Positions 31,786 to 41,988 of a DNA stretch of 64,000 bases are shown in pieces. Made by a program: the position numbers and the translations under genes. Origin of the DNA: an uncultured Alphaproteobacteria bacterium (GTDB taxonomy: Bacteria; Pseudomonadota; Alphaproteobacteria; VGEJ01); NCBI GenBank assembly GCA_913041535.1, contig CAJWJK010000003.1, positions 90,953 to 154,952 of the forward strand, read 5' to 3'. The notes beneath the pieces are model-generated. The model ran no database searches. It saw nothing but the letters and a program-made list of their open reading frames with translations, and was not told the DNA's origin. Position 1 is the stretch's first letter, and the number at the start of each line of letters is the position of its first letter.

Positions 31786-32953
31786 AACCTTTAAATTAGA
31801 GTGCGCTTCAACTTTTGGCATCTACATACATTGGCCATTTTGTACCAGTATTTGCCCGTATTGTGACTTCAATGTTAGACGTTCACGTAACGTGGACGCT
31901 GAGCGCTGGTGTAATGCATTATTAGTGGCGATAAGTAATGCGTCTCGTCGCTTTCCCAACAAACTTGCTTCAAGTTTGTATTTTGGAGGAGGAACACCTT
32001 CTCTCATGTCGGTTGCTACTGTAGCTGCCATAATTGAACAGGTAGAGAAGTGTTTTGGGTTTGTGAAGAATGCAGAGATAAGTCTAGAAGCTAATCCAGA
32101 TTCCTCTCATGCAAAGGGGTTTAAGGGCCTAAGGCAGGTGGGAATTAACCGCCTTTCAATGGGCGTTCAGGCATTCAATGATGATGCGCTGAAATGGCTT
32201 GGGCGTAGCCATAGTGTTCGTGAGGCTGAGAGGTCCATAGATACAGCTCGAAATTTATTTCCTAGGATGAGTTTTGACCTTATTTACTGTCGTCCTGGCC
32301 AAAGCTGTCACGAATGGAGAGCCGAACTCAGGCGATCACTACAGTTTTGTGGCGGGCACATTTCCCTATACCAGTTAACTATAGAATCTGGCACCGCATT
32401 CGCTCGTGCGAGTGCCCGAGGAGATTTAGTATTGCCGGAACAGGATAGTGCTGCTGAACTTTATGAGATTTCACAAGAAGAGTGTGGTGCTATCGGTTTG
32501 CGTTGCTACGAGATTTCAAATCACGCGCTACCTGGGCACGAGAGTCAACACAATCTTGGATACTGGCGCTACAACGAATATCTTGGCATTGGACCAGGTG
32601 CTCATTCGCGCCTTATTGATAAAGGGAAACGATGCGCTGAGGAGCAAATCCAAGACCCAAAAGCATGGCTTGCCTCTGTGGAGACATCTGGTCACGGCGT
32701 GGATCGGTGCGAGGTGTTGTCAGCTGATACGCAAGCTGCCGAAATGCTCATGATGGGATTACGTCTCCGAGACGGACTTTCTTTGGATCGTTTTAACTGG
32801 GTAACAGGTAAACCGTTGGAGAAATTTGTTTCCTACCAAGGGTTATCGGCATTGAAGGACAAAGGACTTCTTATGGAATCGCGCGGTAGTTTATTTGCTA
32901 CGGAAAGAGGCCTTCGAGTTTTGGATGCTGTCCTTGAAAAGCTTTTGTTGTAA
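31778..32953 (+). CDS. hemW: Radical SAM heme chaperone HemW
   Basis: YIHWPFC.S.CPYCDFN, FGGGTPS, YEISN, HN..YW, GIGPGAH; rph-rdgB-hemW synteny. Start at ATG 31778. Confidence 0.92.
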   Translation: MPETFKLECASTFGIYIHWPFCTSICPYCDFNVRRSRNVDAERWCNALLVAISNASRRFPNKLASSLYFGGGTPSLMSVATVAAIIEQVEKCFGFVKNAEISLEANPDSSHAKGFKGLRQVGINRLSMGVQAFNDDALKWLGRSHSVREAERSIDTARNLFPRMSFDLIYCRPGQSCHEWRAELRRSLQFCGGHISLYQLTIESGTAFARASARGDLVLPEQDSAAELYEISQEECGAIGLRCYEISNHALPGHESQHNLGYWRYNEYLGIGPGAHSRLIDKGKRCAEEQIQDPKAWLASVETSGHGVDRCEVLSADTQAAEMLMMGLRLRDGLSLDRFNWVTGKPLEKFVSYQGLSALKDKGLLMESRGSLFATERGLRVLDAVLEKLLL

Positions 32954-32976
32954 GGTGACTTAACTTATTTCTCAGC

Positions 32977-34350
32977 TTAATTGTTGGAATTCTCGAATGT
33001 GGTTGGTGCTTTTGATAATACGTTAAAACCATCTACTGTAACTTCGAGCACAGCAAGGCCGCGTTCGGCAGTGCCAGTATTTGAAAAGCGAAATATTCCA
33101 GCTACTCCAGAGAAGCCGCTTGCTTCGGAGATAGCCTCAGCAGAAAAGTCTCGTTGCCGCGCTAACGCAGCGGCGAGCGCGACCGAATCGTACACTAAAG
33201 TGGCGATCCGGGGCGGAAGCCGTTGATAGGTATTAAAATATTTTTGTCTAAATCTTTCTACTCGATCTGGAGTTGGTGCGGGAAACCAGCCGCCTATAAG
33301 AGCGGGTTCTTTGCCAATTGTAGAATTGGACCAAAGTGTCGTGCCTATGTATTGAACAAGTTCAGGGTGGATATCGTGATGCGGTAATAGCGCTGCAAAT
33401 GCTCTTAAACGGTCACCACCTTCAGGAACAAGAATAGCGTCGTAGCTGCGAGTTTCCGTGAGCGTTAACCGTTGGACGGCGGCGTCGAGCTCAGAAATCT
33501 CGGGTAAATAGAATTCAACTGTTACCAGATCTCCGTCAGAATTATTTATTGAGTCCCGAAGGCTGCGCAGTATTGCCCGACCGTACGGTGACTCGGGAAT
33601 GAGGGCAGCATATCTTCGGATCCCTTGGGCTCTCGCGTATTTGACAATACGTTTGATTTGCTGCTGTGGAGATAGTCCCATCAAGTAGGCACCGCCACCC
33701 GCAACACGTTGGTCGTTCGAGAATGACACTAAGTTGATACTGCTTTTGCGAGCTTCTTTTGCCGCAGAGACTGTAGTTTGGCTAAAGACTGGGCCGAGAA
33801 GAAGGGCTGCACCCTCGACTATTGCGGTTTGGGCGGCTTGGGCAGCGCGTTTTGGATTGCCCGCAGTATCATAAGGTCGAATCTCAAGCGCTTTATCGCC
33901 TAAGTCGAAAAGGGCCAATTGAGCTGCGTCAAGTAACAGATGTCCTATTTCGGCATGAATACCCGTCAAAGGCAATAATAGCGCCACTGGCACGATGCCC
34001 GCTCCAAATTTTGCAGGAGCTTCCAGTATTGGTGCCGCTGGCTCCACTACAACCAGAGTGTTGGCGGGCTTCATTTTTATTGTTGCACTTAGTTTAGCTG
34101 ATTGGACTGCCTCCGGTTTCTGGGTCGTTTCCGAAATAGAGTTTGTCGGTAGTTTGTCTACTTCGGCTGATGCAACTTTATTATTATCGAATTGATCGCC
34201 GTCATCCGGTTCGAGTGGTACACTGTGGCATGCCGCGAGTAAGCAAACGAGACCGGTCGCCCACAGGAATCGACTTCGGAGCGGGCCTTGGTGTTTCAGC
34301 AGAAGGTTTCTCTGAGATTTCAAATACGGCTCACATAAGCGATTTAACAC
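32977..34350 (-). CDS. Penicillin-binding protein activator LpoA/LppC-like lipoprotein
   Basis: Lipobox LAAC, VALLLPLTG, LLGPVF, GFSGVAGIFRF...G.AERGLAV; divergent from rsmI. Start is GTG 34350 or TTG 34323. Confidence 0.85.
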   Translation of the reverse strand: MLNRLCEPYLKSQRNLLLKHQGPLRSRFLWATGLVCLLAACHSVPLEPDDGDQFDNNKVASAEVDKLPTNSISETTQKPEAVQSAKLSATIKMKPANTLVVVEPAAPILEAPAKFGAGIVPVALLLPLTGIHAEIGHLLLDAAQLALFDLGDKALEIRPYDTAGNPKRAAQAAQTAIVEGAALLLGPVFSQTTVSAAKEARKSSINLVSFSNDQRVAGGGAYLMGLSPQQQIKRIVKYARAQGIRRYAALIPESPYGRAILRSLRDSINNSDGDLVTVEFYLPEISELDAAVQRLTLTETRSYDAILVPEGGDRLRAFAALLPHHDIHPELVQYIGTTLWSNSTIGKEPALIGGWFPAPTPDRVERFRQKYFNTYQRLPPRIATLVYDSVALAAALARQRDFSAEAISEASGFSGVAGIFRFSNTGTAERGLAVLEVTVDGFNVLSKAPTTFENSNN

Positions 34351-35231
34351 CTGAACAGCGTAGCTCTGCTAAGTCATCACGTAAACTAACTCCTGGCCTC
34401 TATGTTGTTGCTACTCCAATTGGAAATCTTGCTGATATAACTCTACGCGCCTTAAGCATTTTATCTTCGGTTGATGTAATAGCATGTGAAGACACTCGTG
34501 TGACCCGCAAACTTCTGGCGAAACACGGTATTTCCAACAGACTGACTTCATATCATGAACATAACGCTAGACGTTCGGGTCGTCGTTTGCTCAATAGGTT
34601 AATAAACGGGGAGGCTGTTGCTCTGGTATCTGACGCGGGTACGCCACTGGTTTCTGATCCAGGATATCGGCTAGTACTCGAGGCCAGACGGGAAGGTGTG
34701 CTGGTTGTGCCGATTCCAGGACCATCTATTGTAACAGCTGCTTTATCAGTTTCGGGTCTTCCCACAGATAGATTTATGTTCGTGGGATTCTTACCGAGCA
34801 GAAAAGGAGAAAGACTTCGGGTGATAAATGAATTTCGCGATATCAAAGCTACTTTGGTGCTGTTTGAGTCTTCCCGCCGTCTGGCTGCTACACTGTGTGA
34901 TCTGTGGAGTGTACTTGGTAAGAGGAGCGCTGTAGTAGCCCGAGAGGTTACAAAAAGATTTGAGGAGTCGCGAAGCGACATGTTGGATTCGCTTGCGGAG
35001 TACTACAGTAATACTAGCCCACCACGTGGCGAGATCATCGTTCTTGTAGGCCCTCCAGAAAAGAACCGGGGTGTTGACTGTAAATTTTCCGACGTTGAAA
35101 TTGATGCTCAAATTGAAGCAGCACTAGAGCATCATCCATTAACAAACGTCGCGTCACTTGTTGCTTCTGCTACGGGCTTGCCGCGAAGGGAAGTCTACTC
35201 TAGGGCTGTTAAGGTAAAGAAGCGTGAATGA
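34230..35231 (+). CDS. rsmI: 16S rRNA C1402 2'-O-methyltransferase RsmI
   Basis: LYVVATPIGNL.DIT.RA, ACEDTR, LVSDAGTP.VSDPG, ARE.TK.FEE. Start uncertain. Confidence 0.95.
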   Translation: MPRVSKRDRSPTGIDFGAGLGVSAEGFSEISNTAHISDLTPEQRSSAKSSRKLTPGLYVVATPIGNLADITLRALSILSSVDVIACEDTRVTRKLLAKHGISNRLTSYHEHNARRSGRRLLNRLINGEAVALVSDAGTPLVSDPGYRLVLEARREGVLVVPIPGPSIVTAALSVSGLPTDRFMFVGFLPSRKGERLRVINEFRDIKATLVLFESSRRLAATLCDLWSVLGKRSAVVAREVTKRFEESRSDMLDSLAEYYSNTSPPRGEIIVLVGPPEKNRGVDCKFSDVEIDAQIEAALEHHPLTNVASLVASATGLPRREVYSRAVKVKKRE

Positions 35232-35378
35232 AGGCTCTTCAGAAAGTTGTCTTGCGTCTATTCAAATTGGTGTAAGTATGTGTGTGATTGGTTTGTCGCG
35301 ATGGGTGTAGAATTTTAATGCGGGGACAGGGGCGATCTTAGCGGTGCCACCCGATGATCGTCCTAAAGTGAGGGTCAC

Positions 35379-35996
35379 ATGACACGTTTGAATTTATCTA
35401 GCGTCAATAGCCTGCGATGTGTGGTTGTTCTGGCATTGTGTGTTTTACCGTTGGCGGTCACGGGGTGTGCTGGCTTCATAGCAGGAGGAGCTGCTACAAC
35501 CGGGTTGGCTGTTGCTCAGGAGCGGTCAATTGGATCAGCTATTGATGATACGGCCATTCGACTAGATATTAATCGTCGGATGTTTGAAGTTAGTGACGTT
35601 ATGTTTGCGGGAGTAAGCCTTGAGGTAGTCGAGGGTCGGGTGCTTTTGACAGGAAATGTACCTACTCCAGAGGATCGAGTTACAGCGGTTCGCCTTGCTT
35701 GGTTGGCACCTGGTGTCAGGGAAGTTATCAATGAAATAAATATACGGGATCGTGGTGATCTCCTTCACTACCTAAAAGATCTTAGAATAACTAGTCAACT
35801 TCGTTTCGAACTTTTGCGGGACCTTGCCGTTAAGGATATCAACTACTCTATAGAGACACAAAACTCTGTAGTGTTTCTCATGGGAATTGCGCAGGACAAA
35901 CCCGAGCTTGATCGTGTAACTAATCATGCACGCAATATTCCCGGAGTAACTAAGGTCGTGAGTTATGCAGTATTGAAGGACGATCCAAAACGGTGA
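35379..35996 (+). CDS. Dual-BON domain lipoprotein (DolP/YraP-like)
   Basis: Lipobox VTGC, ERSIG..IDD, GRVLLTG, GV.EV.NE, V.LMG.A, GV.KVVS. Confidence 0.88.
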   Translation: MTRLNLSSVNSLRCVVVLALCVLPLAVTGCAGFIAGGAATTGLAVAQERSIGSAIDDTAIRLDINRRMFEVSDVMFAGVSLEVVEGRVLLTGNVPTPEDRVTAVRLAWLAPGVREVINEINIRDRGDLLHYLKDLRITSQLRFELLRDLAVKDINYSIETQNSVVFLMGIAQDKPELDRVTNHARNIPGVTKVVSYAVLKDDPKR

Positions 35997-36051
35997 AGAT
36001 TGCTTTTTTCTGTAGACCCTTATATTCGGTTGAGGGCGTTGGGCCACTACG

Positions 36052-36993
36052 ATGACCTTTGCTGTTGCAATACAAATGGATCCTGTTGAATTCATCGATA
36101 TTGAGGCGGATAGTACCTTTTTGCTTGCTCTAGAAGCACAAAACCGCGGGCACACGCTTTATCACTATCTAGCACGAGATCTGAGCATTCGAGAAAATCG
36201 TGTTTTTGCCCGCGCCTGCACTCTTGAAGTTAGCCGAAAAGAAGGTGCGCATGCGCGTCTTGGAGTCCCTTGCAACGTAGATTTGGCAACATTGGATGTA
36301 ATACTGATGCGGCAAGACCCTCCATTTAATATGTCCTATATCACAGCCACACATATTTTGGAGCATGTTCATCCCGGGACGCTGGTAGTAAATGATCCTG
36401 TGAGCGTCCGAAATGCTCCCGAAAAATTATTTGTTACCCAGTTTCCCGACTTGATGCCGCCAACATTGATTTCGGCAAACGTAGAAGAAATCAGGGAATT
36501 TAGAAAAGAGCAGCATGATATAATCTTGAAACCGCTTTTTGGTAACGGCGGAGCTGGGGTTTTTCATGTAACACCTAATGATGACAACTTTAATTCCTTG
36601 TTAGAAATGTTTTTACAAAAATCGTGTGAGCCGATCGTGGCGCAGAGGTATCTTCCTGAGGTTCGGGAGGGTGACCGCCGTATCATATTGGTTAATGGAG
36701 ATCCAGCAGGTGCTGTGGATAGAGTTCCACCACTGGATGATGTGCGCGCCAATATGCACGTCGGTGCCAAACCAAAAAAGGCCAGTTTAAATAGGCGTGA
36801 TATCGAGATCTGTGAGACCATTGGTCCTATCTTAAAGAGTCTGGGTTTAATTTTTGTTGGGATCGATGTTATAGCCGGTCAGGTAACCGAAATTAATGTA
36901 ACGTCACCGACTGGTTTGCAAGAAGTGAATCGCTTTGACGAAGTTAATCTAGAAGTTGATATTTGGAACGCAATTGAAGATCGATGCAGATAG
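36052..36993 (+). CDS. gshB: Glutathione synthetase
   Basis: QMDP, LMRQDPPF, RNAPEKL, KPL.G.GG.G, RAN.H.G, TEINVTSPTG. Confidence 0.97.
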   Translation: MTFAVAIQMDPVEFIDIEADSTFLLALEAQNRGHTLYHYLARDLSIRENRVFARACTLEVSRKEGAHARLGVPCNVDLATLDVILMRQDPPFNMSYITATHILEHVHPGTLVVNDPVSVRNAPEKLFVTQFPDLMPPTLISANVEEIREFRKEQHDIILKPLFGNGGAGVFHVTPNDDNFNSLLEMFLQKSCEPIVAQRYLPEVREGDRRIILVNGDPAGAVDRVPPLDDVRANMHVGAKPKKASLNRRDIEICETIGPILKSLGLIFVGIDVIAGQVTEINVTSPTGLQEVNRFDEVNLEVDIWNAIEDRCR

Positions 36994-37073
36994 AATAGCG
37001 GCCACAGTAATATCGGATTAGCGCCCAGGTCTTAAGCAGAGTTATACAATAATCTGTGTACTGGTAAGGACCA

Positions 37074-37817
37074 TTAATTTTTCTTCTGTGCTAGTAGCTT
37101 GATTCCTGGTTTGAATGCAAGGAATTGGCGGTAAACTGTTAGATTGTGTTTTTCTAGGAGTTTAGAGAGATTTCGTGGGTTGAAGTACAGACAGTGGGAT
37201 GGGGGGCAAAAGGCGTCCCAACGGCGGACGTCGCGTGGTCTTCGCCAATGGCTTATATCTGGCGTCGTTAAATAAAGAAATCCTTCAGGTCGTAAGCGGG
37301 CAACTATGGCAGCAATAAAATCGTTGGCATTGGCTACATGCTCGATAACCTCGGAGCAATAGATAACATCAAAAGGCTCGGTATTCTCATATTCCTCGAT
37401 GCGACTTCGAACAAATTGGCCTGATGGGTAATGTTCTTTGGCCCATGAAATTGACACAGCATCAAGGTCTATTCCGTACGCTTTAAATCCTTGTTCGTGG
37501 GCAGCGGCAACCGTAAAGCCACCATTGCAGCCTACGTCAAGGAAGCGTCCACCATTAACTAATCTGGCAATACGGGAAACGCGCTTACGGGCACGCCGTA
37601 ATTTTTGAGGAATTTTCAGAAAATAACCTTCCCCTGTTCCACCGTATGCGTCATCGTAGATCTGCTCTATTTCGGATAAAGTTGGCATTGGGTTGAGGTA
37701 AATCAAGCTGCACCCCGGACACTCAAAGAGCGCATAATCTAGATGACGAATGAATAGCTGCGGCGAATGTGACCCGCATATTTGACATGGCGCAACTTCA
37801 AGGTTTTTTTTGCTCAT
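37074..37817 (-). CDS. Class I SAM-dependent methyltransferase with N-terminal zinc ribbon
   Basis: CQIC...CPGC, FLDVGCNGG, FDVI...EVIEH, L.PEG.LYLTTP. Confidence 0.85.
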   Translation of the reverse strand: MSKKNLEVAPCQICGSHSPQLFIRHLDYALFECPGCSLIYLNPMPTLSEIEQIYDDAYGGTGEGYFLKIPQKLRRARKRVSRIARLVNGGRFLDVGCNGGFTVAAAHEQGFKAYGIDLDAVSISWAKEHYPSGQFVRSRIEEYENTEPFDVIYCSEVIEHVANANDFIAAIVARLRPEGFLYLTTPDISHWRRPRDVRRWDAFCPPSHCLYFNPRNLSKLLEKHNLTVYRQFLAFKPGIKLLAQKKN

Positions 37818-38156
37818 AGAAGGGGCCGATTCGCTAGAAAACACGTTCTATATGCATCCAAGATATAAATGATTGGTCGTTCTGACTGCAGTTTTGTCAA
37901 GAAATACTCCATGCATGGTAGTAAAAACAGCTACTAGTACTGAAAGTGATCTTGCACTTTGTGGGCCATATCGTCTTGTCTCGTTGTCAATAGCTACAAG
38001 AAACCTGTACTTATGTGCTTCTCTCGGTGTTTTTGATAGCATAGAAAAAAGTTTCAAGTGAATGTCTTATTCCAGTCTTTCTGCGGGCGCCGCTTGCTAG
38101 CTCGAAAATTCATTCGTTTGTTTAATGCCACGAAAGCCAATGCTTAGGTTTCAAAT

Positions 38157-38186
38157 TTGACCGTCGTGAGTTAGCTCCGCTACTAT
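38157..38186 (+). promoter_or_regulatory. Putative sigma70 promoter of olsB-mutS
   Basis: TTGACC-N18-TACTAT, about 70 nt upstream of the ATG at 38258. Confidence 0.5.
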
Positions 38187-38257
38187 CATGCCTAACTGAC
38201 GCGGATCAGGACTTCGTTAGCTTTATGCCTGGTTTCAAGAGAACAATCTAGGACCCC

Positions 38258-39229
38258 ATGCAGCGAATATCTGCTCTTAAAAACCTCCGTAGGGCTGCGC
38301 CACGACCCCAACCCAGTCGTTTTTTTGCGCAGGATGGGCAACTAGAGGTTCGCGTAACTCGTAAGCGCTTTGATATCATTGCTGCGCAGGCGCTGCGGTA
38401 CCGTGTCTTTTACGAGGAAATGGGCGCCACGCCAACTTCAAGAATGAGAGCTAAACGTCGAGACTTTGATCGTTACGACCGAATCTGTGATCACATCTTG
38501 GTTCTTGATCATAGGAGACGTTCTGGAGACAAAGTCATTGGCACATATCGTTTGCTGCGTCATGAAGTAGCGGTTCAACATGGCGGTTTCTACAGTGCTG
38601 GGGAATACGATGTCTCAATATTAATGCAGGAAGAACCAGAAGACGGCCAGCTTTTGGAAACTGGGCGTAGTTGTGTAGCAGCAGAGTATCGCAATACGGC
38701 AACCATACAGTTGTTGTGGCGTGGAATTGCGAGTTACATGTTAGAGCACAATGTTACTTTAGTTATGGGCTGTGCGAGCTTTCAGGGTACAGACCCTTTA
38801 GAGCACGCTCTACCATTATCGTATCTTTACCACCACCACTTAGCGCCCTTTAAAACGAGAGTGAAGGCTTTACCGCATTTGCACCAGTCTATGAGGTTTA
38901 TGGAGGAGGAGGAAATCGTGCGCCGTCAAGCGTTGCGAGCAATGCCGCCCTTAATCAAGGCGTATCTTCGACTAGGGGCACATGTTGGCGATGGAGCGGT
39001 GGTCGATCACCAGTTCGGTACCACAGATGTTTTCATGATTCTTCCAGTGGATAGGGTAGCAGACAGATATCACACTCATTTTGAACGAAGTGACGAACTT
39101 TCGCCCGTGGTATCAGGTGCTCGGAGGAGAAAATTGTTGCGATCGGTGTTGCCTTTAGTGCGTCGACGGGAAGCCCAAACAGGAATTTCATTTTCAAGTC
39201 GATATGGTCAGGCTAGCAGCTGTGGTTGA
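38258..39229 (+). CDS. olsB: Ornithine lipid N-acyltransferase OlsB-like (GNAT)
   Basis: AAQALRYRVFYEEMGA, D.D.YD..CDH, GTYRLL, ETGRSCV...YR, PPLIKAYLRLGA, D.QFGTTDV. Confidence 0.8.
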   Translation: MQRISALKNLRRAAPRPQPSRFFAQDGQLEVRVTRKRFDIIAAQALRYRVFYEEMGATPTSRMRAKRRDFDRYDRICDHILVLDHRRRSGDKVIGTYRLLRHEVAVQHGGFYSAGEYDVSILMQEEPEDGQLLETGRSCVAAEYRNTATIQLLWRGIASYMLEHNVTLVMGCASFQGTDPLEHALPLSYLYHHHLAPFKTRVKALPHLHQSMRFMEEEEIVRRQALRAMPPLIKAYLRLGAHVGDGAVVDHQFGTTDVFMILPVDRVADRYHTHFERSDELSPVVSGARRRKLLRSVLPLVRRREAQTGISFSSRYGQASSCG

Positions 39230-39248
39230 TTGCCAAGGTTTATGATCG

Positions 39249-41960
39249 GTGGCCGCTGTCAAGACCAATAAATCATCGGCATTTGATCCATCCAATGTTT
39301 CGATGTTGCCTGATCGCACCGAAAATACTGAAAAATTTACCCCGATGATGGAACAATATCACTCGATAAAGCGCGCCCATTCAGACTGCTTGCTATTTTA
39401 CCGAATGGGCGATTTTTACGAGCTTTTTTTTGAAGATGCCGTCACAGTCTCTGGTGAAGTGGACATTACGTTGACTCGTCGGGGCAAGCATCAAGGCAAA
39501 GACATTCCTATGTGTGGAGTTCCCGTTCACTCTGTCGATAGTTATCTTGCACGTCTAATCCGCAAGGGTCATAGAGTGGCCATATGCGAGCAAATTGAAG
39601 ATGTCTCACAAGCCAAGCGTCGCCGAGGAAGCAAGTCACTAGTCAAGCGAGATGTTGTGCGCTTGTTGACCCCGGGAACGATTTTGGAAGATACGTTGCT
39701 TGAGGCTCGTGAAAACAATTATCTGGTAGCATTGAGTTGCGCTGAAAGTCAGTTGGGGTTGGCGTGGCTAGATATGTCTACCGGAGAATTTAATGTAACG
39801 ACTATAGAAAATATTTATCTGGAAGCAGAATTATCTAGAATCAGTCCTGGGGAAATTCTTGTTTCAGAAAACTTTTCTCAAGTATCCGGGCTGTCAGATG
39901 TGCTGGATAGGTGGACAGAGAAGCTGACATTTGTGCCGTCTTCGAGTTTCGATGTTGGGGGTAGCAAGAATCGTCTTGAGCAAGTCTATGGCGTTGATCA
40001 GCTAGCGGGCTTCAGTGAATTTAACAGATTACATTTTGCGGCTTGTGGGGCGTTAGTTGAGTATTTGGAGCTTACCCAGAAGGGGCGACTGCCGCACCTA
40101 ATGCCGCCATTTCTTCTGGAGATGGGGGCTGCAATGACTATTGATTCTGCAACCCGTCGTAATCTTGAGCTTGTCCGTGACCTAAAGGGAAATCGAGGTG
40201 GAAGTCTGTTAGCAACTATAGACCGCACTATTACCAGTATTGGGGCCCGTCTACTTGCCAGCCGTTTGACGGCGCCATTGACGCGAGTTAGCGCAATTAA
40301 TGACCGACTAGATATGGTGCAGTACTTTGCCGAAGATTCGGCAATGAGAAGTTTGATTCGAGACGAGCTACGTCATTGTCCGGATGTTGAGCGAGCGCTA
40401 TCTCGGTTGCTGATAGCGCGGGGTGGACCTCGCGACCTTGCTGTAATTGGCGATGCTCTAGCACGTTCTGAGGCAAGCTATAAACTATTGATTGATTCCC
40501 CGTTAAACCCTCTCACGGATGCTCTCAAGTTGGTCATAGAGGACCTTACTGGATATATGGACTTGGTCGGGAAGATTAAAGAGGCTCTTGCTATCGATCT
40601 TCCTCTGTTAGCCCGTGACGGAGGTTTTATAGCTGCAGGATATAATACAGACCTTGATAACCAGCGAGAACTCCAGGATCAGAGTCGTAAACTCATAGCA
40701 GCTCTCCAGGCAAAGTACGTTGAGCAGACCGGGATTCGAGCGTTGAAGGTGCGTCATAATAACGTATTAGGATATTTTGTTGAGGTGCCATCTGCTCATG
40801 CTGAAAAACTTGAGGAACTGTCATTGAGCAATACCTTTGTTCGCCGACAGACAATGGCAAACGCGGCTCGTTTTAGCACTGTTGAGCTCGGCGAGGTTGA
40901 GGTGCAAATAGCTCGTGCTTCTGATCAAGCTCTAGCATTTGAACTGGAGTTGTACGATGAGCTTGTTGCTGAAGTGTCTGTTAGATCAACTGAGATTTAT
41001 AAGGCGGCCAAAGCGATCGCTCTGCTTGATGTCGTAACTGCATTAGCAGAGCTTGCGGAAGAGTGCCGGTTTGTTCGCCCTCAGATAGATGAATCTCTTG
41101 ATTTTTGCATAAAGGGTGGGCGTCATCCGGTGGTTGAAAAATCGTTGGGGACATTCATCGCAAATGATTGCAATATTGAGGAGCGCACGCGAGTTTGGCT
41201 TGTGACGGGCCCTAACATGGCCGGTAAGAGCACCTTTATGCGGCAAAATGCATTGATTGTTATATTAGCTCAGATGGGTGCATACGTGCCTGCAACGACG
41301 GCGCGATTAGGTGTTGTTGACCGGCTTTTTAGCAGAGTTGGTGCGTCTGACGACCTGGCTCGAGGTCGTTCTACATTTATGGTAGAGATGGTGGAGACAG
41401 CGACAATTCTTAATCTTGCCACCTCGAGATCATTTGTGATCCTTGATGAAATAGGGAGAGGGACTGCTACCTATGACGGGCTGTCAATTGCCTGGGCTAC
41501 GATCGAGCATATACACGAGAAAAACAGGTGTCGGGCAATGTTCGCCACTCATTATCATGAAATGGCAACGCTTTCTGAAAACCTTTCTAACGTTGCATCT
41601 TTTACGATGAGAGTTCGCGAGTGGGAGGGAGAGGTAGTGTTTCTGTATGAGGTTAAACCCGGAACAGCGGATCGATCTTACGGCATTCATGTTGCCAAGC
41701 TTGCAGGTATACCAAACTCTGTAATCGCACGTGCCAAAGAGGTTTTAGAGTTATTGGAGAGGAGCGGACAGGAATGCGTTGACACTAGGTTAGTTGACTC
41801 AATGCCATTGTTGTCATCAGTTGTTTCTTCTTCAACCTCGTCTACCGAATCGCGTCTGGTCACAATGCTTGATGAGATAGACGCAGACAATATGACTCCG
41901 CGTGAAGCACTCGAGCGGATTTACAAACTTAAGGCATTGAGAAATTCTCACAAGCCTTGA
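39249..41960 (+). CDS. mutS: DNA mismatch repair protein MutS
   Basis: TPMMEQY, FYRMGDFYELF, TGPNMAGKST, STFMVEM, DEIGRGT, FATHYHE, SYGIHVA.LAG. Confidence 0.98.
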   Translation: MAAVKTNKSSAFDPSNVSMLPDRTENTEKFTPMMEQYHSIKRAHSDCLLFYRMGDFYELFFEDAVTVSGEVDITLTRRGKHQGKDIPMCGVPVHSVDSYLARLIRKGHRVAICEQIEDVSQAKRRRGSKSLVKRDVVRLLTPGTILEDTLLEARENNYLVALSCAESQLGLAWLDMSTGEFNVTTIENIYLEAELSRISPGEILVSENFSQVSGLSDVLDRWTEKLTFVPSSSFDVGGSKNRLEQVYGVDQLAGFSEFNRLHFAACGALVEYLELTQKGRLPHLMPPFLLEMGAAMTIDSATRRNLELVRDLKGNRGGSLLATIDRTITSIGARLLASRLTAPLTRVSAINDRLDMVQYFAEDSAMRSLIRDELRHCPDVERALSRLLIARGGPRDLAVIGDALARSEASYKLLIDSPLNPLTDALKLVIEDLTGYMDLVGKIKEALAIDLPLLARDGGFIAAGYNTDLDNQRELQDQSRKLIAALQAKYVEQTGIRALKVRHNNVLGYFVEVPSAHAEKLEELSLSNTFVRRQTMANAARFSTVELGEVEVQIARASDQALAFELELYDELVAEVSVRSTEIYKAAKAIALLDVVTALAELAEECRFVRPQIDESLDFCIKGGRHPVVEKSLGTFIANDCNIEERTRVWLVTGPNMAGKSTFMRQNALIVILAQMGAYVPATTARLGVVDRLFSRVGASDDLARGRSTFMVEMVETATILNLATSRSFVILDEIGRGTATYDGLSIAWATIEHIHEKNRCRAMFATHYHEMATLSENLSNVASFTMRVREWEGEVVFLYEVKPGTADRSYGIHVAKLAGIPNSVIARAKEVLELLERSGQECVDTRLVDSMPLLSSVVSSSTSSTESRLVTMLDEIDADNMTPREALERIYKLKALRNSHKP

Positions 41961-41988
41961 ATTTATCGCCAACCGTTAGGTAGGTAGT

